Under the pieces are notes generated by a model, which ran no database searches, was not told the origin of the DNA, and saw only the letters and a list, made by a program, of their open reading frames with translations. Both the position numbers and the translations under genes were made by a program. Shown in pieces: positions 52,054 through 63,092 of a stretch of DNA of 64,000 bases. This DNA is from Enterobacter phage vB_Ent31: sequence record OR567511.1; one strand, given 5' to 3'. Every line of letters starts with the position of its first letter. The first letter of the stretch is position 1.

Positions 52054-54000
52054 ATGGCAACTACTGAACCCTTTAACTATCAATTAAAAAGAACCGCGAA
52101 TGCGATTCCTGAAGTTTTCATCGGCGGCACGTTCCAAGAAATTAAAAAGAACTTCGTTGACTGGCTGCGTGGCCAAAATGAGTTTTTAGATTATGATTTC
52201 GAAGGTTCACGCATGAACGTACTGCTGGACCTCTTAGCATACAACACTCTTTACATTCAGCAATTCGGTAATAGTGCAGTGTATGAATCATTCATGCGTA
52301 CTGCCAACCTCAGAAGCTCAGTTGTTCAAGCAGCTCAAGATAATGGATATCTTCCATCTTCTCGTTCGGCAGCTAAAACACAAATCATGCTGGAATGTAC
52401 TCATGCATTGAATGAAAACAGTTTAAGAATTCCTCGCGGAACAAGATTCCTTGCATACGCTCGAGACACAAGTGCTGACCCGTATCCATTCGTAACTACT
52501 GAAGACGTAATTGCGTTAAAAGACCAAAACAACTTATATTTCCCTCGTGTTAAATTAGCACAAGGTCGTATTGTTCGCACTGAATTAAAATACAATAAGT
52601 TGAAACCAATTATCATCAGGGACGAAAATATCGACCGTTCAGAGGTTCGTTTATTCGTTGATGGTGCAGAATGGACTAACTGGACTTACAAGTCAATGGT
52701 GCACGCTGGTTCTACATCAACAATTTATTACATGCGCGAAACTGTAGATGGTCACACTGAATTCTTCTTTGGAGAAGGTGAGCAATCTGTTTCCGTCGCT
52801 GGCGCAGCTTTAGAAGCTAACTACATCGGCGGGTTAAAACCTATTCAAGACCAAACTATCGTTATTGAATATATTCGTACTGATGGTGAACGAGCAAACG
52901 GTGCTACTGAATTTTCTTATGCTGATACACTCCCGTATATAAGTGTACAGAAAATCTACGAAAACCCAGATGATTCTCCAGATTACGTTGGTGCTGATGG
53001 TGGTGGTGACCCTGAAGATATTGAACGTATTCGCGAACTCGGAACTATTAAAAGAGAAGCTCAAGCTCGTTGCGTAACCGCAACTGACTATGATACTTTC
53101 GTTTCAGAGCGTTTCGGTTCAATAGTTCAAGCTGTACAGACATTTACTGACCAATATAAGCCTGGCTATGCATTTATCGCAATTAAACCAAAATCTGGAC
53201 TGTACTTAACTTCTGTTCAAAGAGAAGACATTCAGAACTATCTGAAGCCATTTAACTTGGCTACGATTACTCCATCTGTTATTTCTCCGAACTATTTGTT
53301 CTTGAAGCATAAAATTAAAGTTACTTATGCTTTAAACAAACTTCAAGAATCAGAGCAGTGGTTACATGGACAAATCATCGATAAAATTGATGAGTATTAC
53401 ACCAATGAAGTTGAAATTTTCAATGCTCAATTTGCTAAGTCAAGAATGCTGACTTATGTTGACAGAGCAGACCATTCAATTATCGGTTCATCTGCCGAAA
53501 TTGAAATGATTCGTGAAGTTCAAAACTTCTTTGAAACTCCATCTTCAGGTATTAAATACTATAACCAGATTACTCCACGCAGTTTAAAATCAAGCGAATT
53601 CAAATTCATTAAAGGCTCTTCATCTTACATGGTACGTTTAGCTGGTACTGTCGGTGATGGCAAAAAAGGTAAAATTGTTCTTGGGCCATTTAAAGCCGGG
53701 GATTTAGCAGCTACTCCAGCCGCTCCAATTTATACCGGTAGTGATTTTGAAAAGCTTCCAGTAACTGATGGAAGAAATACATATTTCGTTGTTGGTGAAG
53801 TAGATTATCCATCTGATTATATCTATTGGAATATCGCAGCTCTTAATATTAACTCAAGTTTATTTGACGTTCAATCAATTGAGCTTTATTCTTCACCAAA
53901 AGAAAACAACATTTTCACTAAAGATGGTTCATTGATTGTATTTGAGAATGATCTTCGTCCTCAATACACGACCATCACATTGGAGCCTATTGCACAATGA
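52054..54000 (+). CDS. 6: gp6 baseplate wedge protein
   Basis: 648 aa (T4 gp6 is 660 aa). Syntenic, with ATGA overlap to gene 7. Confidence 0.85.
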   Translation: MATTEPFNYQLKRTANAIPEVFIGGTFQEIKKNFVDWLRGQNEFLDYDFEGSRMNVLLDLLAYNTLYIQQFGNSAVYESFMRTANLRSSVVQAAQDNGYLPSSRSAAKTQIMLECTHALNENSLRIPRGTRFLAYARDTSADPYPFVTTEDVIALKDQNNLYFPRVKLAQGRIVRTELKYNKLKPIIIRDENIDRSEVRLFVDGAEWTNWTYKSMVHAGSTSTIYYMRETVDGHTEFFFGEGEQSVSVAGAALEANYIGGLKPIQDQTIVIEYIRTDGERANGATEFSYADTLPYISVQKIYENPDDSPDYVGADGGGDPEDIERIRELGTIKREAQARCVTATDYDTFVSERFGSIVQAVQTFTDQYKPGYAFIAIKPKSGLYLTSVQREDIQNYLKPFNLATITPSVISPNYLFLKHKIKVTYALNKLQESEQWLHGQIIDKIDEYYTNEVEIFNAQFAKSRMLTYVDRADHSIIGSSAEIEMIREVQNFFETPSSGIKYYNQITPRSLKSSEFKFIKGSSSYMVRLAGTVGDGKKGKIVLGPFKAGDLAATPAAPIYTGSDFEKLPVTDGRNTYFVVGEVDYPSDYIYWNIAALNINSSLFDVQSIELYSSPKENNIFTKDGSLIVFENDLRPQYTTITLEPIAQ

Positions 54001-57000
54001 CTGTAAAAGCACCTTCTGTTACAAGTCTCAGAATAACAAAACTATCTGCAAACCAAGTTCAAATTAAGTGGGATGACGTTGGTGCTAACTTCTTCTATTT
54101 TGTTGAACTTGCAGAGACTCGTAGCCCAAACGGGGAGGTTATACTCCCCGAAAATTATCAATGGAGAAATTTAGGCTATACTGCTGAAAATGAATTTTTC
54201 GAAGACAACTACATTCGCCCATTGAGTTATTATGTTATGCGAGTGGCTGTGGCCGCTGAAGGATTCGAGCAATCAAATTGGAAAATGACTGAAGAATTTC
54301 AGTCATTCGAAACGAACGTCTACACGTTTGAAATGATGCGTCAGATGACTTTATCTAAGCAGTTCATTGAAGAAAAATTCACTAAAGATAACGAAGATTT
54401 TGTGAATTTTAACCGTGATACTATCATGGCATCTTTGATGGATGAAACATTCCAATTTTCTCCTGAATATCGCACGGCTTCTTCTGTTAACAATTTTATT
54501 CTTAAAGAAGATGAATACCATGAAATTCAAGGCGACATAGCTAAAATCTGTAAAGATAAAGAGCGTGTAATGCTTATGGAATCTGAAGGGGTTCTTTATC
54601 TCTTTGAAAGATTCCAGAATATCGTTAAAGTATCAAACGATAAAGGACAGACTTGGAAGGCCGTACGATTACTCAATGATCGCGTAGGGAACCCAGTATC
54701 AAAAAATGTATATTACCAAACGCGGAACACTACGTATCTCCTGGGATACGACAGGGTCTTCTACGGACGTAAGAGTAATGACATTCGTTGGTCGGCAGAT
54801 GACGTAAAATTCAGTTCTCAGGACGTTACGTTTGCTAAAATTGGTGACCAACTTAAACTCGGATTTGATGTAGAAATTTTTGGTACTTATGCTCGGCTTC
54901 CATTAGCAGTTCAGAAATATGCTGAAGCTATCACAGCAACAGATAGTATGATTTATGTTGCTGGTCGTGATGTTGTTTACAGAGCTAAGACTAGAAATGC
55001 TCCTATCGACCAAGACCCATTATCACCTACGTTTGGTGAAAAACTGTTCGATAATTGGACTTCAAGAATCACTGGTAATTCAAAAGCAGTTTGTCATAAC
55101 TTAGTTTCCGTAGATGGTGTAACTTTAGCATTAATCACTGGTGAAGTTAGAAACGAATTAGACGATCGTACTATTCCAGATAATGTTATCGATTCAGAAT
55201 CTAAAGGTGTTTATCTTTTAGAAGGTGATAACTGGGTAAGAGTCTTTGGAAACACTGCAGAAGAACGTAGACGTATAGAACATGGTTATACTTCAATGTC
55301 TACTAATGGAACTGATATTTTCTTCAGTTCAAGTAACTTTAAGTTTCTGGACTCTAATGTGGTACCAGACCCAGAAACAACTGCAAAATATGGTCTTTTA
55401 GGCGCTGTTAAGTATGAGTTCACAAGAGAATGGTTGTCTGACAAACATTATCATATGATGAGTTTCAGAACCAATTCTAAGAGCGGATTTAAAACTTTTG
55501 TTCCAGGCGCGATGAATTACTACGCTGAACCATTCTTTAACTGGTCTCGTAAATCAAAAACTCGTTGCTGGATTGACACATCATACAGAATTGTGGTTGT
55601 TTATTCTGATATCACTCACTCTAAAGTCATTGATATTAATGGCTCGGGTTCTCCTGACCGAGTGTTGCATGAATACTGGGATAAAGGCACTTGTACAGTA
55701 ACAAGTCCTAACATTCAGTTTGACAATTTCACAAAATATGCTTCTGGTATTTTATTCCACAAAATGTCAGGTGAAATCATTTCATACTTCGAATTTGATT
55801 ATCGAGTTCGTGATGAAGTGTCTATCATATGGAAACCATCTGAAATTTTCTTAAAAGCATATCTTCAGAACCAAGAAAGAGTTGTTCCTTGGACTCCAGA
55901 CAATCGTGACGGACTTAAAGACCCTGATTTGCGTCCATTACTGAATACAATGATGCCAGATAGCTATTTGTTAGAAGAAAGCAACTTTGAGGCTTTCTGC
56001 GAAGCTTATATTCAGTACCTGTCAGATGGGTATGGAACTCAGTACAACAATTTGCTGAATTTAATTCGTAACAAATATCCTCGTGAAAAAGACGCTTGGG
56101 AATATTTGTGGTCTGAAGTTTATAAGCGCAATATCTATTTGAATCCAGATAAACGAGATGCTGTCTCAAGATTCTTTGAAGCTCGTAAGTCTGATTTTTA
56201 TTCAACTAAAGGTATTGAAGCTTCTTATCAATTCTTGTTCAAATTGTTATACAATGAAAACGTTGAAATTGAAATTGAATCAAATCCTGGAACAGAATAC
56301 GATATTATCATTGAATCTGATTCAGTGAACGACGATTTAGTTGGTCATACAATTTATACAGCGACCGGGCGTACAAACGTTACTTATGTTGAACGCCACT
56401 ATAATGAAGGTCGTTTGCAATGGCGAATTACAATTCACAACCTTTTAGGTCGTTTAATTGTAGGACAAGAGCTTAAAGCAGAACGTATGCCTGGATTTAG
56501 TGGTACTATTGTTCAGGGTGTACGTGGTAAAGAGTTAGTTGAAAATACCATAGAGTATATCAACCGTAACCGTTCTTACTATGTGATGAAAATTAAATCA
56601 AATCTTCCTACGTCAAGATACAGAAATGATGTTTTAAGATTTGTTCATCCAGTCGGTTTTGGATTTATTGGTATCACGTTACTGACTATGTTCATTAACG
56701 TTGGTTTGACCCTTAAACACGTTCAAACTATAATCAATAAATACAAAAACTACAAATGGGATGCAGGACTTCCACTTATTTGGCCTGACCGAGTAGCTCA
56801 ATTAGATTCAAATGGAAATATCGAGCATAACGATGTTACTGGAGAGGCTCTTTATTTACCTCATCCAAGAGCAAACGAAGACTTTGATATTCCTGACGAC
56901 TATGATGCTGAAAACAATAACTCAGTAATAGCTGGTCAGCTTCCATCGGAAAGACGAAAACCAATGAGTCCTACATTCGACCAAAGTGCAGTAACATTCT

Positions 57001-57095
57001 CCAATTGGAGAGATTTGGTTAATTCAAGACTTATTGATAAAGTTAATATCCCTCGTGACCCGGCTAATCCAACACAGGTTAAGATTAATGAATGA
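53997..57095 (+). CDS. 7: gp7 baseplate wedge protein
   Basis: 1032 aa, the same length as T4 gp7. Syntenic. Confidence 0.85.
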   Translation: MTVKAPSVTSLRITKLSANQVQIKWDDVGANFFYFVELAETRSPNGEVILPENYQWRNLGYTAENEFFEDNYIRPLSYYVMRVAVAAEGFEQSNWKMTEEFQSFETNVYTFEMMRQMTLSKQFIEEKFTKDNEDFVNFNRDTIMASLMDETFQFSPEYRTASSVNNFILKEDEYHEIQGDIAKICKDKERVMLMESEGVLYLFERFQNIVKVSNDKGQTWKAVRLLNDRVGNPVSKNVYYQTRNTTYLLGYDRVFYGRKSNDIRWSADDVKFSSQDVTFAKIGDQLKLGFDVEIFGTYARLPLAVQKYAEAITATDSMIYVAGRDVVYRAKTRNAPIDQDPLSPTFGEKLFDNWTSRITGNSKAVCHNLVSVDGVTLALITGEVRNELDDRTIPDNVIDSESKGVYLLEGDNWVRVFGNTAEERRRIEHGYTSMSTNGTDIFFSSSNFKFLDSNVVPDPETTAKYGLLGAVKYEFTREWLSDKHYHMMSFRTNSKSGFKTFVPGAMNYYAEPFFNWSRKSKTRCWIDTSYRIVVVYSDITHSKVIDINGSGSPDRVLHEYWDKGTCTVTSPNIQFDNFTKYASGILFHKMSGEIISYFEFDYRVRDEVSIIWKPSEIFLKAYLQNQERVVPWTPDNRDGLKDPDLRPLLNTMMPDSYLLEESNFEAFCEAYIQYLSDGYGTQYNNLLNLIRNKYPREKDAWEYLWSEVYKRNIYLNPDKRDAVSRFFEARKSDFYSTKGIEASYQFLFKLLYNENVEIEIESNPGTEYDIIIESDSVNDDLVGHTIYTATGRTNVTYVERHYNEGRLQWRITIHNLLGRLIVGQELKAERMPGFSGTIVQGVRGKELVENTIEYINRNRSYYVMKIKSNLPTSRYRNDVLRFVHPVGFGFIGITLLTMFINVGLTLKHVQTIINKYKNYKWDAGLPLIWPDRVAQLDSNGNIEHNDVTGEALYLPHPRANEDFDIPDDYDAENNNSVIAGQLPSERRKPMSPTFDQSAVTFSNWRDLVNSRLIDKVNIPRDPANPTQVKINE

Positions 57096-58098
57096 TTCAA
57101 GCGTAATCTATCGTTCCATAGTGACTTCAAAATTCCGTACTGAAAAGATGCTGAATTTTTATGAGTCAATTGGTGATGGCGATAATCAAAACACAATTTA
57201 CATCACATTCGGACGAAGTGAACCTTGGTCAGATAACGAATCGGAGGTGGGGTTCGCCCCACCATATCCAGTAGATAATACACAAGGCGTTGAAGACATG
57301 TGGACTCATATGATGGGTTCAGTAAAAGTAATGCCTTCTATGCTGGACGCAATTATTCCCCGTAAAGATTGGGGAGATATTCGTTATCCTAACCCAAGAA
57401 ACTTTTCAATTGGTGAAATTGTTGTTGTAAACAGTGCTCCATATAACGCCACAGAAGTAGGTAGTGGCTGGTTGGTATATCGTTGTATTGATATTCCTGA
57501 TGCAGGCACATGCTCAATTAATACTATCAAAAATAAAGAAGAGTGTATTAAGCTCGGTGGTAAATGGACTTCTTCTGTTCAATCAGCATTTCCTCCAAGA
57601 GGACGTGGCGATGCAATAAACGATAATAAGATTGATATGAAAGACGGATATCTTTGGGAATATCTTTATGAGATTCCACCTGATGTTTCTATCAACCGTT
57701 GCACAAACGAATATATTGTCGTTCCTTGGCCTGATGAAGTTAAAGAAGACCCAGAACGTTGGGGTTACAACAATAACTTGGAATGGGAACACGACGCGTA
57801 TGGAATTATCTATCGCGTAAAAGCATATACTATTCGATTTAAAGCATATTTCGATTCAGTATATTTCCCAGAAGCAGCTTTACCTGGTAACAAAGGCTTC
57901 CGTCAAATTTCAGTTATTACTAATCCATTAGAAGCTAAAAAGATACCTTCTGAGCCAAATAAAAAGGCTAAGAATTTATGGTACAACCCTATTGATTTAA
58001 GCCGTCATTCCGGTGAAATGATTTACATGGAAAACAGGCCTCCTATCATTATGGCTATGGACCAAACCGAAGAAATTAACATCATCTTCGAATTCTAA
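57088..58098 (+). CDS. 8: gp8 baseplate wedge protein
   Basis: Start moved to the ATG at 57088 (MNDSSVIYRSIV...), which overlaps the gp7 stop and gives 336 aa against T4 gp8 at 334 aa. The ORF-track start at 57034 lies inside gp7. Confidence 0.85.
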   Translation: MNDSSVIYRSIVTSKFRTEKMLNFYESIGDGDNQNTIYITFGRSEPWSDNESEVGFAPPYPVDNTQGVEDMWTHMMGSVKVMPSMLDAIIPRKDWGDIRYPNPRNFSIGEIVVVNSAPYNATEVGSGWLVYRCIDIPDAGTCSINTIKNKEECIKLGGKWTSSVQSAFPPRGRGDAINDNKIDMKDGYLWEYLYEIPPDVSINRCTNEYIVVPWPDEVKEDPERWGYNNNLEWEHDAYGIIYRVKAYTIRFKAYFDSVYFPEAALPGNKGFRQISVITNPLEAKKIPSEPNKKAKNLWYNPIDLSRHSGEMIYMENRPPIIMAMDQTEEINIIFEF

Positions 58099-58158
58099 TG
58101 CGGGAGCCTGAGGGCTCCCATTTTTGTATAAATAGCATATATCAATAGAGGACTTATT

Positions 58159-59067
58159 ATGTTCGAACAAGAAGCAAAGCAACTAATTGACGTCGGTGAA
58201 ATTGGTAACGCATCGACTGGTGATATTTTGTTCGATGGCGGTAACAAAATTAATAACAACTTCAATGGCATTTATAATGCATTTGGTGACCAAAGAAAAA
58301 TGGCCTTAGACAATGGCCAAGGTTCTGGAGTTGGACAAGTAATTCATGCTACCGGCTATTGGCAGAAATCAAATGACCCACTGGAATTTACTACTCCAGT
58401 ACCAAACGGCTCACAATATGACATTGACACTTCAGGAGGAGCTGTACAAGTTACTTTAAGTAAAGGCGTTCGCGGAGAAGCAGTATTTTTCTGCAACAGC
58501 AATGGCTCATTCTCTCCAACTAACCCATTAACTATTGATGCAAACGACACATTTGCAACTGTAACAGGTTCATTAAGAATTACGTCTCCTTACGTATTTG
58601 TAAAATGCTGGTGTATTTCTGACGAAGGCGGCCGTTCTGTTTGGGATTATTCAGTAGAAAGTATGTTTGGTGAAAAACATATTCCAACTGATGGCACTTG
58701 GCAATTAGGAGCCGTTGGTACTTCAGTAGATATTCCATTATTTCATAATACTGAATTTACTGTAGCGAAGTATCTTATTACTGCCGAAACCAGTAATGGT
58801 TCAAAAGCCAAAAGTTGCGAAATAAATATTCACATAGACAGAATTAAGAAAGAAGTTAATAGTGTAGAATATGCGGTAATTCGAATTGGAGCAGTTGACA
58901 CTCCAGCTACTTCTACTACACCTGAAGTGATTGATAAAATTTTCGTTCCTTCATTTGCTATTAACCCTAGCACAGGATATGTAGTCCTGACATTAACGCC
59001 AGGAGTCGCTGGTTTGAGAGCGGCAGTTAAAGCTATCGCTACACAGAAAATTGGGAATCCAAGATGA
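58159..59067 (+). CDS. 9: gp9 baseplate wedge protein (long-tail-fibre socket)
   Basis: 302 aa (T4 is 288). An RBS precedes the ATG. Syntenic, with ATGA overlap to gene 10. Confidence 0.8.
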   Translation: MFEQEAKQLIDVGEIGNASTGDILFDGGNKINNNFNGIYNAFGDQRKMALDNGQGSGVGQVIHATGYWQKSNDPLEFTTPVPNGSQYDIDTSGGAVQVTLSKGVRGEAVFFCNSNGSFSPTNPLTIDANDTFATVTGSLRITSPYVFVKCWCISDEGGRSVWDYSVESMFGEKHIPTDGTWQLGAVGTSVDIPLFHNTEFTVAKYLITAETSNGSKAKSCEINIHIDRIKKEVNSVEYAVIRIGAVDTPATSTTPEVIDKIFVPSFAINPSTGYVVLTLTPGVAGLRAAVKAIATQKIGNPR

Positions 59068-60872
59068 AGCAAGATATTAAAATTGGTCAAGCTGTTGACG
59101 ACGGCTCCGGCGACTACCTGCGTAAGGGTGGTCAAAAAATTAATGATAACTTTGATGAGTTGTATTACGAGCTTGGCGATGGAGATGTTCCATTTGCTGC
59201 TGGTGCATGGAAAAACCACAAGACCTCTACAGCAGCTACATTAAACGCTGAATGGGGTAAAGCTTATGTGCTTGATACTTCAACCGGCCGTTTAAATGTG
59301 CGTCTTCCTAAAGGTACTGCGAATGATTATAATAAAGTCATTCGTTTACGAGACGTTTATGCAACTTGGCAAGTTAACCCTATAACTGTTATTCCTGGTT
59401 CAGGAGATACTTTAAAGGGTGATTCTCGTCCAAGAGAAATTCGCACTCAATTCGCTGACTTGGAAATGGTATACTGTCCTCCGGGTCGTTGGGAATATGT
59501 TGAAAATAAGCAAATCAACAGAATTTCAAATAGCGAATTGAGTACAGTAGTTCGTAAAGAGTTTTTAGTTAAAACTAACGGACAAACTGATTTCCCTGAT
59601 GTATTCAGTGGAACAGAATACAACATTGGAAATACCCAAGTATTCCATCGTGGTAACATTCTGTATTACGGTGAGAAATTCAGTGCAACTGATTCTGATT
59701 TTGGCTCAATTGGACCAAATGGAACAAGAGTTGCGCTTGATGGCAAAAGCATTAAGTTGAAAAACCCGGCTAATGCGGGTGATACTGTAATTGTAGTATC
59801 TTACTTAGACGGTATTTCTCAGTTCCGTAGTTCTTACAATAGACGATCAGTTACTCTGAGAGATTCATCTAAAACTAACCAGACATCTATTGAAGGTTCA
59901 TTATTAGTTGACGATTTAAAAACTCTCAGATATTTTCCATTGAGTGCATTTGGTATTGATAGTTTTTCTCCTGTAAACCATCAATCCATGGAAGTTCGTT
60001 TTAACGGAATACTTCAGAATGAAGCTGGTACTGCAGGTCTTCCATTAGCTCGTTGTATTGATGCTATTGCAGACGACGCATTTACATGTCAGGCACTTGG
60101 TGGAACTTGGCAAAACAGTAAACTTGACTATGTTCTTGATATCGATGACAATAATAAATTGATTGGTATCGAAACAGACCGTGAAATGGAAGATGGCGAC
60201 ATTATTACTTTAACTTGGTACAACAACCAAATTGGTACAGTAATGGAGCTTGAAGACATTCTTAATGAAACTGACGCAAAATATGTATCTAAAGGCGAAG
60301 TTCTCAATCTCACTGGTCAAGTACGTATTACTAACCAAAACAAACCAGGTTGGCCTAATGTTGCTCCTGAGCCTTCTACTGCATTTGAAGTAAATAATGT
60401 TCAAAACTTATTTGATTTGGTTTATCCGATTGGAACAATTTACGAAAACGCAGTAAACCCTAATAACCCAGCAACATATATGGGATTTGGTACTTGGGTT
60501 CTTTGGGGACAAGGTAAAGTTGTTGCTGGCTGGAATAACGATACAACCGACCCTAATTTCGCAATGAACAATAACGATTTGGATGTAAATGGTAATCCAA
60601 GTCATACTGCTGGTGGAACTGGTGGTGTAATTAGCAATGAATTAGAAAATGCTCAAATTCCTGCTTCTCAAACAACCGAAAAAGTTTTAGTAGTTGACCC
60701 TAATGGACCTATTGTCGTCGGCGGATGTCAATTTGACCCGAATGAACAAGGGCCGGCTTATACTAAATATCGTGAATCGGTTGCTAACATCAACCCGACT
60801 CACACACCTCCAAAATCAGTAACTAATATTCAGCCATATGTTACCGCATATCGTTGGTTAAGGGTTTCTTAA
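59064..60872 (+). CDS. 10: gp10 baseplate wedge protein
   Basis: 602 aa, the same length as T4 gp10. Confidence 0.85.
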   Translation: MKQDIKIGQAVDDGSGDYLRKGGQKINDNFDELYYELGDGDVPFAAGAWKNHKTSTAATLNAEWGKAYVLDTSTGRLNVRLPKGTANDYNKVIRLRDVYATWQVNPITVIPGSGDTLKGDSRPREIRTQFADLEMVYCPPGRWEYVENKQINRISNSELSTVVRKEFLVKTNGQTDFPDVFSGTEYNIGNTQVFHRGNILYYGEKFSATDSDFGSIGPNGTRVALDGKSIKLKNPANAGDTVIVVSYLDGISQFRSSYNRRSVTLRDSSKTNQTSIEGSLLVDDLKTLRYFPLSAFGIDSFSPVNHQSMEVRFNGILQNEAGTAGLPLARCIDAIADDAFTCQALGGTWQNSKLDYVLDIDDNNKLIGIETDREMEDGDIITLTWYNNQIGTVMELEDILNETDAKYVSKGEVLNLTGQVRITNQNKPGWPNVAPEPSTAFEVNNVQNLFDLVYPIGTIYENAVNPNNPATYMGFGTWVLWGQGKVVAGWNNDTTDPNFAMNNNDLDVNGNPSHTAGGTGGVISNELENAQIPASQTTEKVLVVDPNGPIVVGGCQFDPNEQGPAYTKYRESVANINPTHTPPKSVTNIQPYVTAYRWLRVS

Positions 60873-61534
60873 TGATTAGTGTATCTTCTTCAAAGGCGGG
60901 ACTTAAGTCCCGCAATGCAGATTTCTTGCAATATGAAATCGCCCCAGGCAGTATTGATGTTATGAATACTCAGCCAATTGGGTCAAATACGATTTCACAA
61001 AAATATAAAGGTGTTGATTTTCCAAATGTTCAATCAGCGATAGAAGATGTTCGTGGATTCGCTATTCTTCCAATTGGAACAATTGTAATTAACGATACTG
61101 GCGTTTCTCCTGAAGGTATTCAACAAATTGATGATTGGACTTTCACTGGAACAGTAGCAGTTGATGGAAAATCTGAAGGTGAATCAGTTTTAGTTGATGT
61201 GTACGGATTTATGGTTCCAGCTTTAATTGGTGATACCGACACTGAATTTGCTGCGAAAGTTAAATTAGTTCTTGAAGACGCTATTACCGCTGGTGACGTA
61301 ATTTCTTCAGTTGAAGTATCTACATCTGCCGGTAATATTTTAAACGTTAAATATATCGATAACCAAGAACATATTCTTCCCTCATATTCTTCATGTGGAG
61401 TTTCCATCTCTGCTTCAATCCAGTCTCCTTCTAAGGTTGGTTATGGGTCATGGGATTTAATCGGTCGTCAATCATTAACTTTCGATGGAGCTACTTCACC
61501 GACAGTTTTACAATACTTTAAGAGAATGGGTTAA
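60872..61534 (+). CDS. 11: gp11 baseplate wedge / short-tail-fibre attachment protein
   Basis: Start moved to the ATG overlapping the gp10 stop (TAATG). MISVSSSKAGLKSRNADFL...IDVMN.Q..GS.TISQ...G...PN..SAI.DV..F.I...GTI..N.TGVSPEG..Q.D.W.F.GTV matches T4 gp11. Confidence 0.88.
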   Translation: MISVSSSKAGLKSRNADFLQYEIAPGSIDVMNTQPIGSNTISQKYKGVDFPNVQSAIEDVRGFAILPIGTIVINDTGVSPEGIQQIDDWTFTGTVAVDGKSEGESVLVDVYGFMVPALIGDTDTEFAAKVKLVLEDAITAGDVISSVEVSTSAGNILNVKYIDNQEHILPSYSSCGVSISASIQSPSKVGYGSWDLIGRQSLTFDGATSPTVLQYFKRMG

Positions 61535-63084
61535 TGGCTACTAATACTCTAAACCACATAAGTGACGAATCAAAATATAAAACATTTAACCCGGCTGGAA
61601 CTAGTTTTCCAGCCAACATAACAAACGTTCAATCAGCATTAGCCGCATTAAAGCCAATAGCAGTTAACGGCGTTCCTGACGCAACTGAAACTGTTAAAGG
61701 AATAATTCGTATTGCTACACAGCAAGAAGTTGATGATGGTGATTCAGCTAATACTGTAGTTACTCCAAAAACTTTAAAAGAACGTCTTGGTAATCCGCAA
61801 GCTTCTACTACAGTAATTGGTTTAACTCGATATGCTACTACAGCTGAAGCCACTGCGGGGTCTATTGGCAATGCTGCGGTTGTTCCGACTGGATTAAAAG
61901 CTTCAATTGACAATGCGTTTGCTACTCGTATTTCTAAAGAGTCAGTTTTAGGTGTAATTAAAATTGCTACAGTTGCAATGGCTGAAGCCGGTACTGATGA
62001 TACCTCGGCCATGACTCCATTGAAAACCCAAAGAGCAATTGCAAAAGCAACAGCAGTTCTTCCAGTTTATGGACCAGCGACAGAATCAGTAAGTGGTACT
62101 GTGCGTATTGCTACTAACGGGCAAGTTGCTCAAGGAACTCTAAGAGACGGGTATGCCGTATCTCCAAGTGGATTAGCCTCTTTAACAGCTACATCTTCTC
62201 GCAGAGGTTTAGCTCGTTCCGCTACTATCGCAGAAGTTAACGCAAATACCGCCGGAGATATTTTTGTTACTCCAAATGGATTGAACCAAAGAGTTGGTAC
62301 TACTTCAACAAAAGGTCTTGTTAAATTAACTACTACTGTAGGCTCAGGTGACGCAAATACTGCATTAGCATATAACGCTGACGTTGTTCATACTCGCGGC
62401 GGACAAACAATTAATGGAACCACAACGTTTGGTGCTGCGCGAGTAAATGGTCGTCTTGATGTTGGTTCTGGTTTTATTAACAACCAGCAAATTGCTACAG
62501 TAAACATGTTAGTTGATTCCGTTCCAATTGGAACAATTATCATGTGGCCAGGAAATAACCCTCCAAGCTCAGATTGGATGCATTGTAACGGAGCATTATT
62601 GAATAAAGGGGATTCTCAATATTCTACTTTATACAGCATTATTGGCACTATATATGGTGGAGACGCTACTCGGTTCGCTCTTCCTGATATGCGCGGTATG
62701 TTCCCTCGTGGTGTTGGTAAGTCAAACATCATGAACCAGTATTCAGGAAACGACTCAAAAGGTAAACCTGGTCTTGGTGCTGGGTGTGGTAACGCTTCAT
62801 TAGGCCAATCAATGCCGCAATCCGTTCGTAAACATAAACACGAGTCGAGTTGGGGAGAGCATCACAAACGCAATGAAGCTCGTAATGGCTGTACTGTAGG
62901 AAATGGTTATGTAGGGTCTAATAAAACTGACTACGATAACTATAAGTGGTTTACTAACGACGGTAGTGAAGTAGAAGCTGCTAATATTCGTGATGGATTT
63001 GGCACAATGAATACAGAAGGTCTAATGGGCGATGAAAACCGTCCTTGGTCAATTGCTCTAAACTTTGTAATAAAAGTAAGATAA
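61534..63084 (+). CDS. 12: gp12 short tail fibre
   Basis: 516 aa. T-HISDESKY..F.P....FP..IT.VQ.A.AA..P..VNGVPDA..T.KGI...AT.QEV.DG and C-terminal IPIGTIIMWP...PSSDW..C.G..L...D...Y....GT.YGG......LPDMRG.F.RG match T4 gp12. Confidence 0.9.
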   Translation: MATNTLNHISDESKYKTFNPAGTSFPANITNVQSALAALKPIAVNGVPDATETVKGIIRIATQQEVDDGDSANTVVTPKTLKERLGNPQASTTVIGLTRYATTAEATAGSIGNAAVVPTGLKASIDNAFATRISKESVLGVIKIATVAMAEAGTDDTSAMTPLKTQRAIAKATAVLPVYGPATESVSGTVRIATNGQVAQGTLRDGYAVSPSGLASLTATSSRRGLARSATIAEVNANTAGDIFVTPNGLNQRVGTTSTKGLVKLTTTVGSGDANTALAYNADVVHTRGGQTINGTTTFGAARVNGRLDVGSGFINNQQIATVNMLVDSVPIGTIIMWPGNNPPSSDWMHCNGALLNKGDSQYSTLYSIIGTIYGGDATRFALPDMRGMFPRGVGKSNIMNQYSGNDSKGKPGLGAGCGNASLGQSMPQSVRKHKHESSWGEHHKRNEARNGCTVGNGYVGSNKTDYDNYKWFTNDGSEVEAANIRDGFGTMNTEGLMGDENRPWSIALNFVIKVR

Positions 63085-63092
63085 GGAAAAAT